Assembly: GCA_964576865.1 (NCBI GenBank)
Contig: CAZNVK010000008.1
Location: forward strand, 570-64,569
Length of the DNA: 64,000 nt
Source: an uncultured Candidatus Poseidoniales archaeon
GTDB lineage: Archaea; Thermoplasmatota; Poseidoniia; Poseidoniales; Thalassarchaeaceae
Direction of reading: 5' to 3'
Shown here: positions 56,746-64,000 of the stretch, piece after piece
How the letters are laid out: each line of letters starts with the position of its first letter
How positions within the stretch are numbered: position 1 is the stretch's first letter
Made by a program: the position numbers and the translations under genes
The notes under the pieces: model-generated
Told to the model about the DNA's origin: nothing
Databases searched by the model: none
Seen by the model: the letters and a program-made list of their open reading frames with translations, nothing else

Positions 56746-57728
56746 TCGTCGTACTTCTCATCGAAGTATGCTGCGATGCCCGGGATTGCTCCGATAGCAT
56801 CGCTGTACGAGCCGAGGTGCTCCTCAGTCGTGACCTGCGAGATTCCTGGAGTGTTCAGAACACCATCGAGAATCTCGACGCCGCCTTCCTCAGTGTTCAG
56901 AGCGAGGAAAGCCTCGACGATGGCGTCGATCTTCTCCTGGCTCGTGGTCTCGGTATTGACCATCACTGGGTGGCTCGGGACCTGACCGAAGGCGGGCTCG
57001 AGAGGACGGTACTGGTCACGCTCGAGGCACCAGTCGTTTCCTTCGCAGTGGTCCTCGTAGGAAGTGGTCTTGCCGAATGCGACATCGCCGACTCCCTCTG
57101 TCATACAGCGCAAGGCACCGCTGTAGCTGTAGTAGAGGTCTCCCTTCTCAGGAATCGAGGCATTACCGAAGTGCTCCTCGATGGTTGTGCGTAGGGAAGC
57201 GATGTCATCAGCGTCTCCGCTGACATCGACGATTCCGTTGTTGATCATATATCCCATCGGCATCAGCATTCCAGCCGACTTGAGCCAGCCCGTGTGGCAG
57301 GAATCCTTGCCCTCGAGGTCCTCGAGAGACTGGATTTCCGAGTCAGCGAGGACCCAAGCCTGCGCTGTGTAGTAGGTGGTACCATCGCTCTTCTGGTCGG
57401 CCAGAATCGCATCGAGGCCGTGCTGCTTCCAGGCGATCCATGCAGCGCCTCCATCAAGGAAAGCGATGTCTGCGTGACCGAAGCGAAGAGCCTCGATTGC
57501 AGCGATGTCCGAGGTGATGGGGTAGAGCTCCACCTCGTATCCCGACTGAGCTGCGATGAAGTCAGCAAGCACCTGTGGGTTGGCTGACGGATCTTCGTAG
57601 TCGTCCTGAGTCTTGAAAGCGATTCGGATCACCTTCTCATCTTCTTCTTTCGATTCAAGGCATCCGGCCATGCCAGCGCTCAGAATCAGAGTCGCCAGCA
57701 GGGCATTCATCAACAAATTCATTCTCAT
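56742..57728 (-). CDS. Substrate-binding lipoprotein, PhnD-superfamily, with transferrin-like Fe3+/carbonate-binding motifs
   Basis: Lipobox AGC. Blocks FLDGGAAW, TYYTAQAWV, GKDSCHTGWLKSAGMLMPMG, YSYSGALRCMTEGVGDVAF and FGQVPSHPVMV parallel a transferrin lobe (see findings). Confidence 0.85.
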   Translation of the reverse strand: MRMNLLMNALLATLILSAGMAGCLESKEEDEKVIRIAFKTQDDYEDPSANPQVLADFIAAQSGYEVELYPITSDIAAIEALRFGHADIAFLDGGAAWIAWKQHGLDAILADQKSDGTTYYTAQAWVLADSEIQSLEDLEGKDSCHTGWLKSAGMLMPMGYMINNGIVDVSGDADDIASLRTTIEEHFGNASIPEKGDLYYSYSGALRCMTEGVGDVAFGKTTSYEDHCEGNDWCLERDQYRPLEPAFGQVPSHPVMVNTETTSQEKIDAIVEAFLALNTEEGGVEILDGVLNTPGISQVTTEEHLGSYSDAIGAIPGIAAYFDEKYDE

Positions 57729-57924
57729 TTATTCACTTCCATTTCAGGGTTCGTCGTATTTCCGACGAGGCGCGCGACCGACCATCTCGATATATAGTTT
57801 AGGCTGCCCTAAACTTCTCGGTTTTCGCTATACTAAAAGCCTACAATTAGAAATTCAAGCGCATGAACACGCCTCCGACAAGCAGCCGATAGCCATATCG
57901 TGCGCGAGGCTCCCGTCGAAGCAC

Positions 57925-59928
57925 ATGACTCGCGATGATGCCCTACGCTTCGCAGTCCTCCTGACCATGTTCGCCATGGTCACATCGTGGGTTCCGATGA
58001 GCGCACCCGATCATCAATTACAGGAATTTGACGAGCGTCGAGAACAACTCGGAGGAGACGGCCCGACGCTCGAAGAACAATGCAGCTCGATCACCTTCGA
58101 GGACATGTTCGAGTACTCGAAGGCGATCTTCGATATACAGGTCGCAAACGATTGGAACTCTGCCCAAGTTGGAGCGGTGGCGTGGATCAACGGAAGTCTT
58201 TCCGACGAAGTTCGGCAGAAGTTGGACGAATATGTCGCAGCGGTTTATCCCAGTGGGGACGATGGATGGATCTCCACAGATGAGAGAGAGGGAGTTCGAG
58301 CGATTGCCTCAGAGTGCGTTCAACACACCCTAACCCGACTCGGTATGCGCGACGGCAGCCCTCACAGGGGGGGAGAGGGAACCGATTGGAAGAACGTCAG
58401 TTGGACCGAGGACGAGGTTCTGGTCGAGGAGTGGAACCTCGTCCCGCCTCGCCATTCAGAGATTCGGGATTGCAGTGGCTTCGGCAGCAGCAGCGACTGC
58501 GTCGAGGTGCCTGTTGAGCCGGCGAGTGAGAGGGATTGCGATACCGATATCGACGCGTCAGCTGGTGCTGATGAGTGCCGAATGACGCTGTGGCTCAATG
58601 CGACGATGACAATTTCTCATCTCAATGACCCGAATGAGTTCACAGTGGCGTTCAATGCCTCGAATATGTCGAATGTCGAGTATCACATCACCTTCCCGCA
58701 GACGGATGGATTGAGGCTCGACATGTGGGAGGAATGCGAGGGTCGAGATGTCGAGGCGGCGGTTGGCGATTATGCGGGCGAGGCCCCGATTCGAGGCAGT
58801 TGTGTCGGCGATGGTTCAAGCTCTTACGAAATCGCCGAGAACGAGGATGGTAGTCTGACCTACTCCTTCTACCCTGAGATGCCGTACTGGCCTATCGGTG
58901 AGGATCTATTCGCCGATTTCACAACCGCGCCGATTCCTGTGGATGAGCCGCCGGAGTGGACCGATGCTGCTCCGGCGGATGGCGCATGGTTCCCGCGCGC
59001 GAGCGGGGGTTCGCAAGTTATTGCTGATTGGAACAGCATCCAGAATTGGTTCGTCGACGAGGCAGGTGTTGCTTCGCTAGAAGTCGTTTGCCGCGGCGAT
59101 GCTGGATTGGATGTGGCCTATGAGGATCGTGAGATTTCGATGGATGTACCCCGTGGCCAGGCCGGCGAGGTGACTTGTGAGGCGATTGACCGAGCCGACC
59201 AATCATCTGGCAGCCGGACTTGGAATGTCGGTGTTCCATTCCAGATATCCACCTCTACCACGGATTTGGCCGACCCTCACCCAATCACACTGAGTCCGAC
59301 CTCGGGTTGGCCTGAATTGAGTGTCGAGATTGGATTCACATCCGAACATGGTGGCAGCGCTACCTACTCGGGTCCTTTCTCACTCTACATGTCCGAAATC
59401 ACAGTGGACGTGGCGGCTGGCGGTACTGTTCCTGGCACTGCCTACGTTGTGGTTCGCGTGACAGGGGACGAAGTCTACTCGATGCTGGCAACCTACGACT
59501 TGGGGATTGAGAAGGCTAGCAGCGCACCGATTGTGACAGTCAATAGTGAGGGTTGGGACGGTAGTTCTTGGTCGATGAGCGGGCAATTCTCCGACCCTGA
59601 TGGGGAGGCGGTCTCATTCACTCTGCTCATCGATGGCTCGGCGGTAGGCGAGGTCAGCGTCAGCGGTAATAATTGGGCGACTCCGGCCATTGATTTCTCA
59701 GTCTGGGCTGAGGGAACTCACACGGTTCAGGTCGATGCATGCGATGATTCTGGCATGTGCGTGAATCAGCAAAGAATCGTCGATAATTCTCACCTCTTCG
59801 CCGAGCCTGAGCCCGAGCCTGGAGACATTGAGGAACCTCAACCCCTTCCTGGATTGCCTGCCATGGGGCTCGGTGGACTACTCGCCGCGGCATCTGCCGC
59901 ACTCATATACTCGGGCCGACGCGACTGA
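57925..59928 (+). CDS. Large acidic cell-surface protein with PGF-CTERM-like tail
   Basis: Signal/TM at the N-terminus ([19 protein letters not shown]) and C-terminus [27 protein letters not shown]. The ORF formally opens at 57613, but that part overlaps the divergent gene. Confidence 0.65.
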   Translation: MTRDDALRFAVLLTMFAMVTSWVPMSAPDHQLQEFDERREQLGGDGPTLEEQCSSITFEDMFEYSKAIFDIQVANDWNSAQVGAVAWINGSLSDEVRQKLDEYVAAVYPSGDDGWISTDEREGVRAIASECVQHTLTRLGMRDGSPHRGGEGTDWKNVSWTEDEVLVEEWNLVPPRHSEIRDCSGFGSSSDCVEVPVEPASERDCDTDIDASAGADECRMTLWLNATMTISHLNDPNEFTVAFNASNMSNVEYHITFPQTDGLRLDMWEECEGRDVEAAVGDYAGEAPIRGSCVGDGSSSYEIAENEDGSLTYSFYPEMPYWPIGEDLFADFTTAPIPVDEPPEWTDAAPADGAWFPRASGGSQVIADWNSIQNWFVDEAGVASLEVVCRGDAGLDVAYEDREISMDVPRGQAGEVTCEAIDRADQSSGSRTWNVGVPFQISTSTTDLADPHPITLSPTSGWPELSVEIGFTSEHGGSATYSGPFSLYMSEITVDVAAGGTVPGTAYVVVRVTGDEVYSMLATYDLGIEKASSAPIVTVNSEGWDGSSWSMSGQFSDPDGEAVSFTLLIDGSAVGEVSVSGNNWATPAIDFSVWAEGTHTVQVDACDDSGMCVNQQRIVDNSHLFAEPEPEPGDIEEPQPLPGLPAMGLGGLLAAASAALIYSGRRD

Positions 59929-59932
59929 GAAC

Positions 59933-60985
59933 ATGAGCTTCTCCGGGACGGTCGAGAAGGAGTCCCATGAGGGTGGTCTGATGATCGCTTTCGAGGGCAA
60001 GGCGCCTCGATTGGGTGCCACGCTTCGAATCATCGGCGGCAAGCCGATTGGACGCGTGAATACGGTGATTGGCGCCGTCGACCGAGCTCTGATTCACATT
60101 CATCCTGTCGCCGATGACATCGATGCAATTAGCGCGGTCGGTTCTCCTGTCGAAATCGCTCCGCGCGAGCGTCGCGATCGCTCCGACCGTGGCCGAGGAC
60201 GCTACGATCGTCGCGAGGGCGGCCGAGGTCGCGATGGTGGCAGATACCAGAGTCGTGAGAATCGTGGATTCGACCGCCGCAATGACCGCCGAGACAATCG
60301 CGGCGGCAACCGCGGAGGAGATTGGGATTGCCCCAAGTGCAAGAACAACAACTTCGCCTTCCGCGACAAGTGCAATCGCTGCGATGCTGAGCGCCCAGAA
60401 GGCGCCGGAAGCAGCAGCGGACACGGCGGACAGCGTGGCGGCGGCAAATTCCAGCGCCGCGATGACCGCGGCTTCGACCGCCGCAATGACCGCGGTGGCA
60501 GGGACTTCCGCGACAACCGCGGTCGAGATCGAGGCGGGCGCGACAACAAAGAAGGTCGAAGTGGGGACTGGGATTGCCCCAAGTGCAAGAACAACAATTT
60601 CGCCTTCCGCGACAAGTGCAACCGCTGCGATGCAAGCCGCCCTAGCGGAGGTGGCAGCAGCGGCGGCAGCCGTGGAGGCAACCGCGGAGGACGTGACAGT
60701 CGTGGCGGCGGAGACCGCAGAGATTCACGCGGCGGAGACCGCAGAGATAACCGGGGCGGAGACCGAGGCGGAAGCCGCGGAGGCGACCGTGGAGGACGCA
60801 GCGGCGGTGACCGCAGAGATTCGCGTGGCGGTGATAGACGCGGCCCTCGCCCAGGACCTCGCGACGGACCGGACAGGGGACGTTCACCTGGAAGCGGTAG
60901 CAAGCCGCGACGCCCAGGATTCCGCGGAGGCGGAAGGGGCGGCCCAAGCCGCAACCGACCAGGGCGCGGCAGCGGACGCCGCTGA
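59933..60985 (+). CDS. Gar1-like beta-barrel protein fused to two RanBP2-type zinc fingers and RGG/RG-rich low-complexity regions
   Basis: N-terminal [43 protein letters not shown] resembles the H/ACA RNP Gar1 core. It carries two copies of [24 protein letters not shown] (W-x-C-x2-C-x3-N-x6-C-x2-C). The remainder is RGG/RDxRGG repeats. Confidence 0.7.
   Translation: MSFSGTVEKESHEGGLMIAFEGKAPRLGATLRIIGGKPIGRVNTVIGAVDRALIHIHPVADDIDAISAVGSPVEIAPRERRDRSDRGRGRYDRREGGRGRDGGRYQSRENRGFDRRNDRRDNRGGNRGGDWDCPKCKNNNFAFRDKCNRCDAERPEGAGSSSGHGGQRGGGKFQRRDDRGFDRRNDRGGRDFRDNRGRDRGGRDNKEGRSGDWDCPKCKNNNFAFRDKCNRCDASRPSGGGSSGGSRGGNRGGRDSRGGGDRRDSRGGDRRDNRGGDRGGSRGGDRGGRSGGDRRDSRGGDRRGPRPGPRDGPDRGRSPGSGSKPRRPGFRGGGRGGPSRNRPGRGSGRR
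60323..60387 (+). repeat. Zinc-finger coding repeat, copy 1
   Basis: 65 nt, 63/65 identical to 60569-60633 (offset 246 nt). Confidence 0.9.
60569..60633 (+). repeat. Zinc-finger coding repeat, copy 2
   Basis: See copy 1. Confidence 0.9.
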
Positions 60986-61030
60986 GTAAGCAACCCCAGC
61001 ATTCATCCCCACCTCACGCGAGCAGCGGTC

Positions 61031-62125
61031 ATGGCGAGCAGCGCGGAGATGCTGTGGATCGACGTGCTCGAGCACGAAGAAGCGGGCGAGCGCGAAGAAG
61101 CGCTCGAACTCGCACAAAAAATCACCCGCATAGAGCCCGACCATACGTCCGCCTGGAGGATGGTCGCCCGCATGACCCTCCCCCCGCAGAGACGCGGACA
61201 GCAAGAGATGCCGACGCTGGCGCAGGCCGCGACCGCGCTCGGGGCGCTGCGCCGCGTCGTACAACTCGAACCCGACGACCGCGAGTCGTGGATTCTCGGC
61301 GGAATCCTCCTCGTGGACCACCTCGGTATGCTCGAGGAAGCCTTGGTCTGGTGGCAGGAGCGCAGAGTGGTTGAACCGTCAGAGGTGACGCCATTGGTGG
61401 AGCAGATCGCGATTCTTGTGCGACTTGGCATGTATACGCAGGCGGGTGAGCTGCTTGAAGTGCTGTTCAGCGAGGGCATGGAATCGCCTGATAGCCGCCA
61501 ATTGGTAAAGATGGATCAAGTTCGAAAAATGGTCGAAAAGGCTGCGAAGATGGAAAAGGATGAGGTTTTCAGACCACAGAATCCGAAGCATCCGAGATGG
61601 GAGATAATCGATCGGATGAAGGCTCGCAAACCGCTTTCTGAGACTTTTTTTCTGTTCACTTTCGTAGCACCGATCGTCTTCTTGATAGGGACTGTGGCAA
61701 TGCAACTTCTAGGTGGGACTCAGTACGGATTCATTCTGGTTTTCCTGATTATTCTCGGGTTGTTCATGGGGGTCTCGCGAATGGGCTCTGGCCTGCTTCA
61801 CTCGCTCAATAGACACGCCCTGGACCTCGACCGGGCGCTCGACGTGGAGGCTACTTCTGGGATGGTCTGCGTGCCTGATGGCATTCGCGGCAGCAAGCTG
61901 TATGAGCACCTGCTCGGGAAGCGTCCTGAAGGATTCCGCGAGCGTCATGAGCGGATTGTTGACGCGGATGAGAAACTCAAACGGAAATGGAAGCCTGTGC
62001 TCCCTGATTTCTCTTCTGTTGGGGATGAATCTTGGTGGGGTGAGGGGGATGAGTCGGGAGATGATTCCTCGGATGCATATGAGGACTCAGATGAGCCGCT
62101 TGAATTGGATGAACTCGAGGATTGA
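61031..62125 (+). CDS. Hypothetical membrane protein with TPR-like N-terminal domain and acidic C-terminus
   Basis: 364 aa. Helical-repeat-like N-terminus, two adjacent TM segments (FFLFTFVAPIVFLIGTVAM, FILVFLIILGLFMGV), and a DE-rich tail. Confidence 0.55.
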   Translation: MASSAEMLWIDVLEHEEAGEREEALELAQKITRIEPDHTSAWRMVARMTLPPQRRGQQEMPTLAQAATALGALRRVVQLEPDDRESWILGGILLVDHLGMLEEALVWWQERRVVEPSEVTPLVEQIAILVRLGMYTQAGELLEVLFSEGMESPDSRQLVKMDQVRKMVEKAAKMEKDEVFRPQNPKHPRWEIIDRMKARKPLSETFFLFTFVAPIVFLIGTVAMQLLGGTQYGFILVFLIILGLFMGVSRMGSGLLHSLNRHALDLDRALDVEATSGMVCVPDGIRGSKLYEHLLGKRPEGFRERHERIVDADEKLKRKWKPVLPDFSSVGDESWWGEGDESGDDSSDAYEDSDEPLELDELED

Positions 62126-62188
62126 GTAAAGCGTTGGGCGCTTGCCGTGCGGATCATTGCCCGCAGCGGTTCGTGTGCCGGCATTGAC

Positions 62189-63454
62189 TCATGTGCCAGC
62201 CGAGTAATCGTTGAGGTAGGCTATTTGCTCGGCCGTGAGAGTATCGATGTCTACTCCTTCGGCGGCTAGCTTGAGGGCTGCTAATTCGCGGTCCTGCTCT
62301 GCGCTGATGTCGTAGACGATATCATCGTATGAGTCTCCCTCGGCTGCGAGACGGCAAAGCGCGAGGAATTGGTTGGCGAATGACATGTCCATGACTTCAC
62401 TCGGATGTCCTTCGGCGGCTGCAAGATTGACTAGGCGGCCACGTGCGAGCAGGTGGATGGTGCGGCCGCCCGTGAGTTCGAATGCCTCATTATTCTCGCG
62501 AATCGTGTAGATTCGCTCGGCTCGCTCTTCGAGGTCGCCGATATTGATCTCGCAATCGTAATGACCGGTATTGCAGACGATTGCGCCCTCCTTCATTGAA
62601 TCGAAGTGGCGACCGATGATGACGTCCTTCATCCCGGTCGCCGTGCAGAAAACATCACCGATGGCTGCCGCATCGTCCATCTGCATCACGCGGAAGCCAT
62701 CCATCACCGCCTTCAGGGCGGCGAGAGGGTCGACCTCGGTGACGACGACATTGGCTCCCATGCCTCGGGCTCGGTTGGCCAATCCCCTGCCGCAGTGACC
62801 GTATCCCGCGACCACGAAGGTCTTGCCAGCGAGGAGAACGCTGGTGGCGCGAATGATTCCATCGAGCGTGGATTGGCCGGTGCCGTGAACATTATCGAAA
62901 TCCCACTTGGTCGAGGCATCGTTGACCGCGATGACGGGGTAGCGCAATTCGCCAGCCTCGCCCATCGCTCGCAAGCGATGAACTCCAGTTGTGGTCTCCT
63001 CAGTGCCACCGATGACGCCTTCCGCTAATTCGGGATATTGCGCGTGCACGCGGTAAATCAGGTCGGCCCCGTCATCGAGTGTGAGAGTTGGCTTGAATTC
63101 GAGGGTTCGGTCGATCGATTCATAGAATTCCTCTTTATTCTGACCGTACCAAGCGTGGACGCTGTATCCTTCTGCGGCCAACCAAGCGGCCACATCATCT
63201 TGGGTCGAGAGAGGATTGCAGCCGGACCAGGATACTGTTGCGCCGGCTGCTTCGATCGTCTCAATCAGAACTGCCGTCTCCTTGGTGACGTGCAGGCAGC
63301 CAGCCACTCGCTGACCGGCGAGTGGCTGATTCTTGACAGCCTGGGCGCGCAATGCAGCGAGAGCAGGCATTCTGCTACGCGCCCATGCAACCTTCAGACC
63401 TCCCGCCTCTGCGAGCGAGAGGTCTGCCACGGTGTAGCGCTCAGCAGCATCCAT
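62189..63454 (-). CDS. ahcY: Adenosylhomocysteinase
   Basis: SCNPLSTQDDVAA, GYGHCGRG NAD loop, NTGHYDCEI and AEGRLVNL-like (ARGRLVNLAAAEGHP) blocks. Start at MDAAERY; the ORF opens at 63484. Confidence 0.95.
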   Translation of the reverse strand: MDAAERYTVADLSLAEAGGLKVAWARSRMPALAALRAQAVKNQPLAGQRVAGCLHVTKETAVLIETIEAAGATVSWSGCNPLSTQDDVAAWLAAEGYSVHAWYGQNKEEFYESIDRTLEFKPTLTLDDGADLIYRVHAQYPELAEGVIGGTEETTTGVHRLRAMGEAGELRYPVIAVNDASTKWDFDNVHGTGQSTLDGIIRATSVLLAGKTFVVAGYGHCGRGLANRARGMGANVVVTEVDPLAALKAVMDGFRVMQMDDAAAIGDVFCTATGMKDVIIGRHFDSMKEGAIVCNTGHYDCEINIGDLEERAERIYTIRENNEAFELTGGRTIHLLARGRLVNLAAAEGHPSEVMDMSFANQFLALCRLAAEGDSYDDIVYDISAEQDRELAALKLAAEGVDIDTLTAEQIAYLNDYSAGT

Positions 63455-63575
63455 GTCCCGTGGCGGTCGCCTCCGGGTCTTCAAGGTGCGGCTGAGCGAC
63501 CCCCGAAATCGAAGGCCAGCTCAGCCGTTGTGACCCAAAGGGTCACCGTACTACTCAGGCGTCTCGGATGGTGGC

Positions 63576-64000
63576 TTAATTGCCGCCGCCTTGACGTTGC
63601 TGGGCGTAATACGCTGCGTAATACTGCTCGGCGTATTGGCGAGCAGTCGCCTCGTCGTAGCCCTGACCAACCATTTGCTGGACGTAGGCTTCGACTGGAT
63701 CCATCTGCTCGACACCTCCGAATTGCTCGACGGTGTCGCCTGCCTCGTCTCCCTTGCCGCGGCCGCGCATCACCAGAGTGACTCCGACGATTGCGAGGAC
63801 CGCGATGAGTCCGACGGCGACGATCATAATCGTCTGTATATTGCCGCTGTCCTTCTCACAACCATCTGCGGACGGGTTGAGTGCACATGGATCGCTTGGG
63901 CGTGGCAGCAGGTCGATAGTGAACGAATTGTCAATCGTGTATCGACTGCCGTCGCCCTCGACGACTCGCCAGTAGACAGTCAACTGAACACCGGTTGTCT
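63576..64000 (-). CDS. C-terminal part of a surface protein (TM anchor plus Tyr/Gln-rich cytoplasmic tail); 5' end lies outside the window
   Basis: The frame stays open to the window edge. TM segment IMIVAVGLIAVLAIVGVTLVM, then YAEQYYAAYYAQQRQGGGN. Confidence 0.5.
   Translation of the reverse strand, partial: TTGVQLTVYWRVVEGDGSRYTIDNSFTIDLLPRPSDPCALNPSADGCEKDSGNIQTIMIVAVGLIAVLAIVGVTLVMRGRGKGDEAGDTVEQFGGVEQMDPVEAYVQQMVGQGYDEATARQYAEQYYAAYYAQQRQGGGN

Noticed and set aside
60114-61002. Long ORFs in other frames or on the other strand across the RGG region (291-aa Ala/Thr-rich on +, 266-aa Pro/Arg-rich on -, and several shorter ones)
   Set aside because: They are produced by the CGN/GGN-rich repeat codons of the Gar1-like gene. 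Their composition is low-complexity, they have no start context, and they fully overlap a frame that has recognisable domains.

Overview
Densely coded, GC-rich archaeal chromosomal segment with about 50 protein genes and two tRNA-Leu genes. I see no rRNA, CRISPR array, transposase or integrase. Archaeal identity rests on several genes: archaeal-type shikimate genes (ADH synthase, dehydroquinate synthase II, GHMP-type shikimate kinase), CTP-dependent FAD synthetase RibL, a Gar1-like protein, and PGF-CTERM-type surface protein tails. A bacterial-type gpsA, many secreted peptidases and acidic proteins suggest a Marine Group II (Poseidoniales)-like euryarchaeon; this is inference only. Housekeeping content:
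- H+-pyrophosphatase
- ribB-ribL-ribE-ribH cluster
- trxB
- MoeB/rhodanese E1-like enzyme
- acyl-CoA dehydrogenase
- Mo-hydroxylase (xanthine dehydrogenase family) S/L/M cluster with XdhC and MocA-like accessory genes
- MoxR-DUF58 module
- aroA'-aroB'-aroK-aroC operon
- xth, MacB-type ABC transporter, gpsA, ahcY

Most interesting observations:
1. The binding protein of a PhnCE-type ABC importer carries what look like the complete transferrin iron and carbonate ligand motifs.
2. The tRNA-Leu locus is surrounded by tRNA-3'-end-derived direct and inverted repeats. These bracket highly structured noncoding segments of about 114 and 202 nt.
3. A Gar1-like protein is fused to two RanBP2-type zinc fingers and a long RGG tail.
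4. One ORF fuses a subtilisin-like protease to an AmpG-like MFS permease.
5. An orphan fused E1 alpha/beta dehydrogenase has a zinc-ribbon extension and sits behind an AT-rich spacer with four direct TAGTGGTG repeats.

All functional calls come from motifs recognised by eye. No database search was run, and gene starts are often ambiguous because TTG and GTG starts appear to be used.
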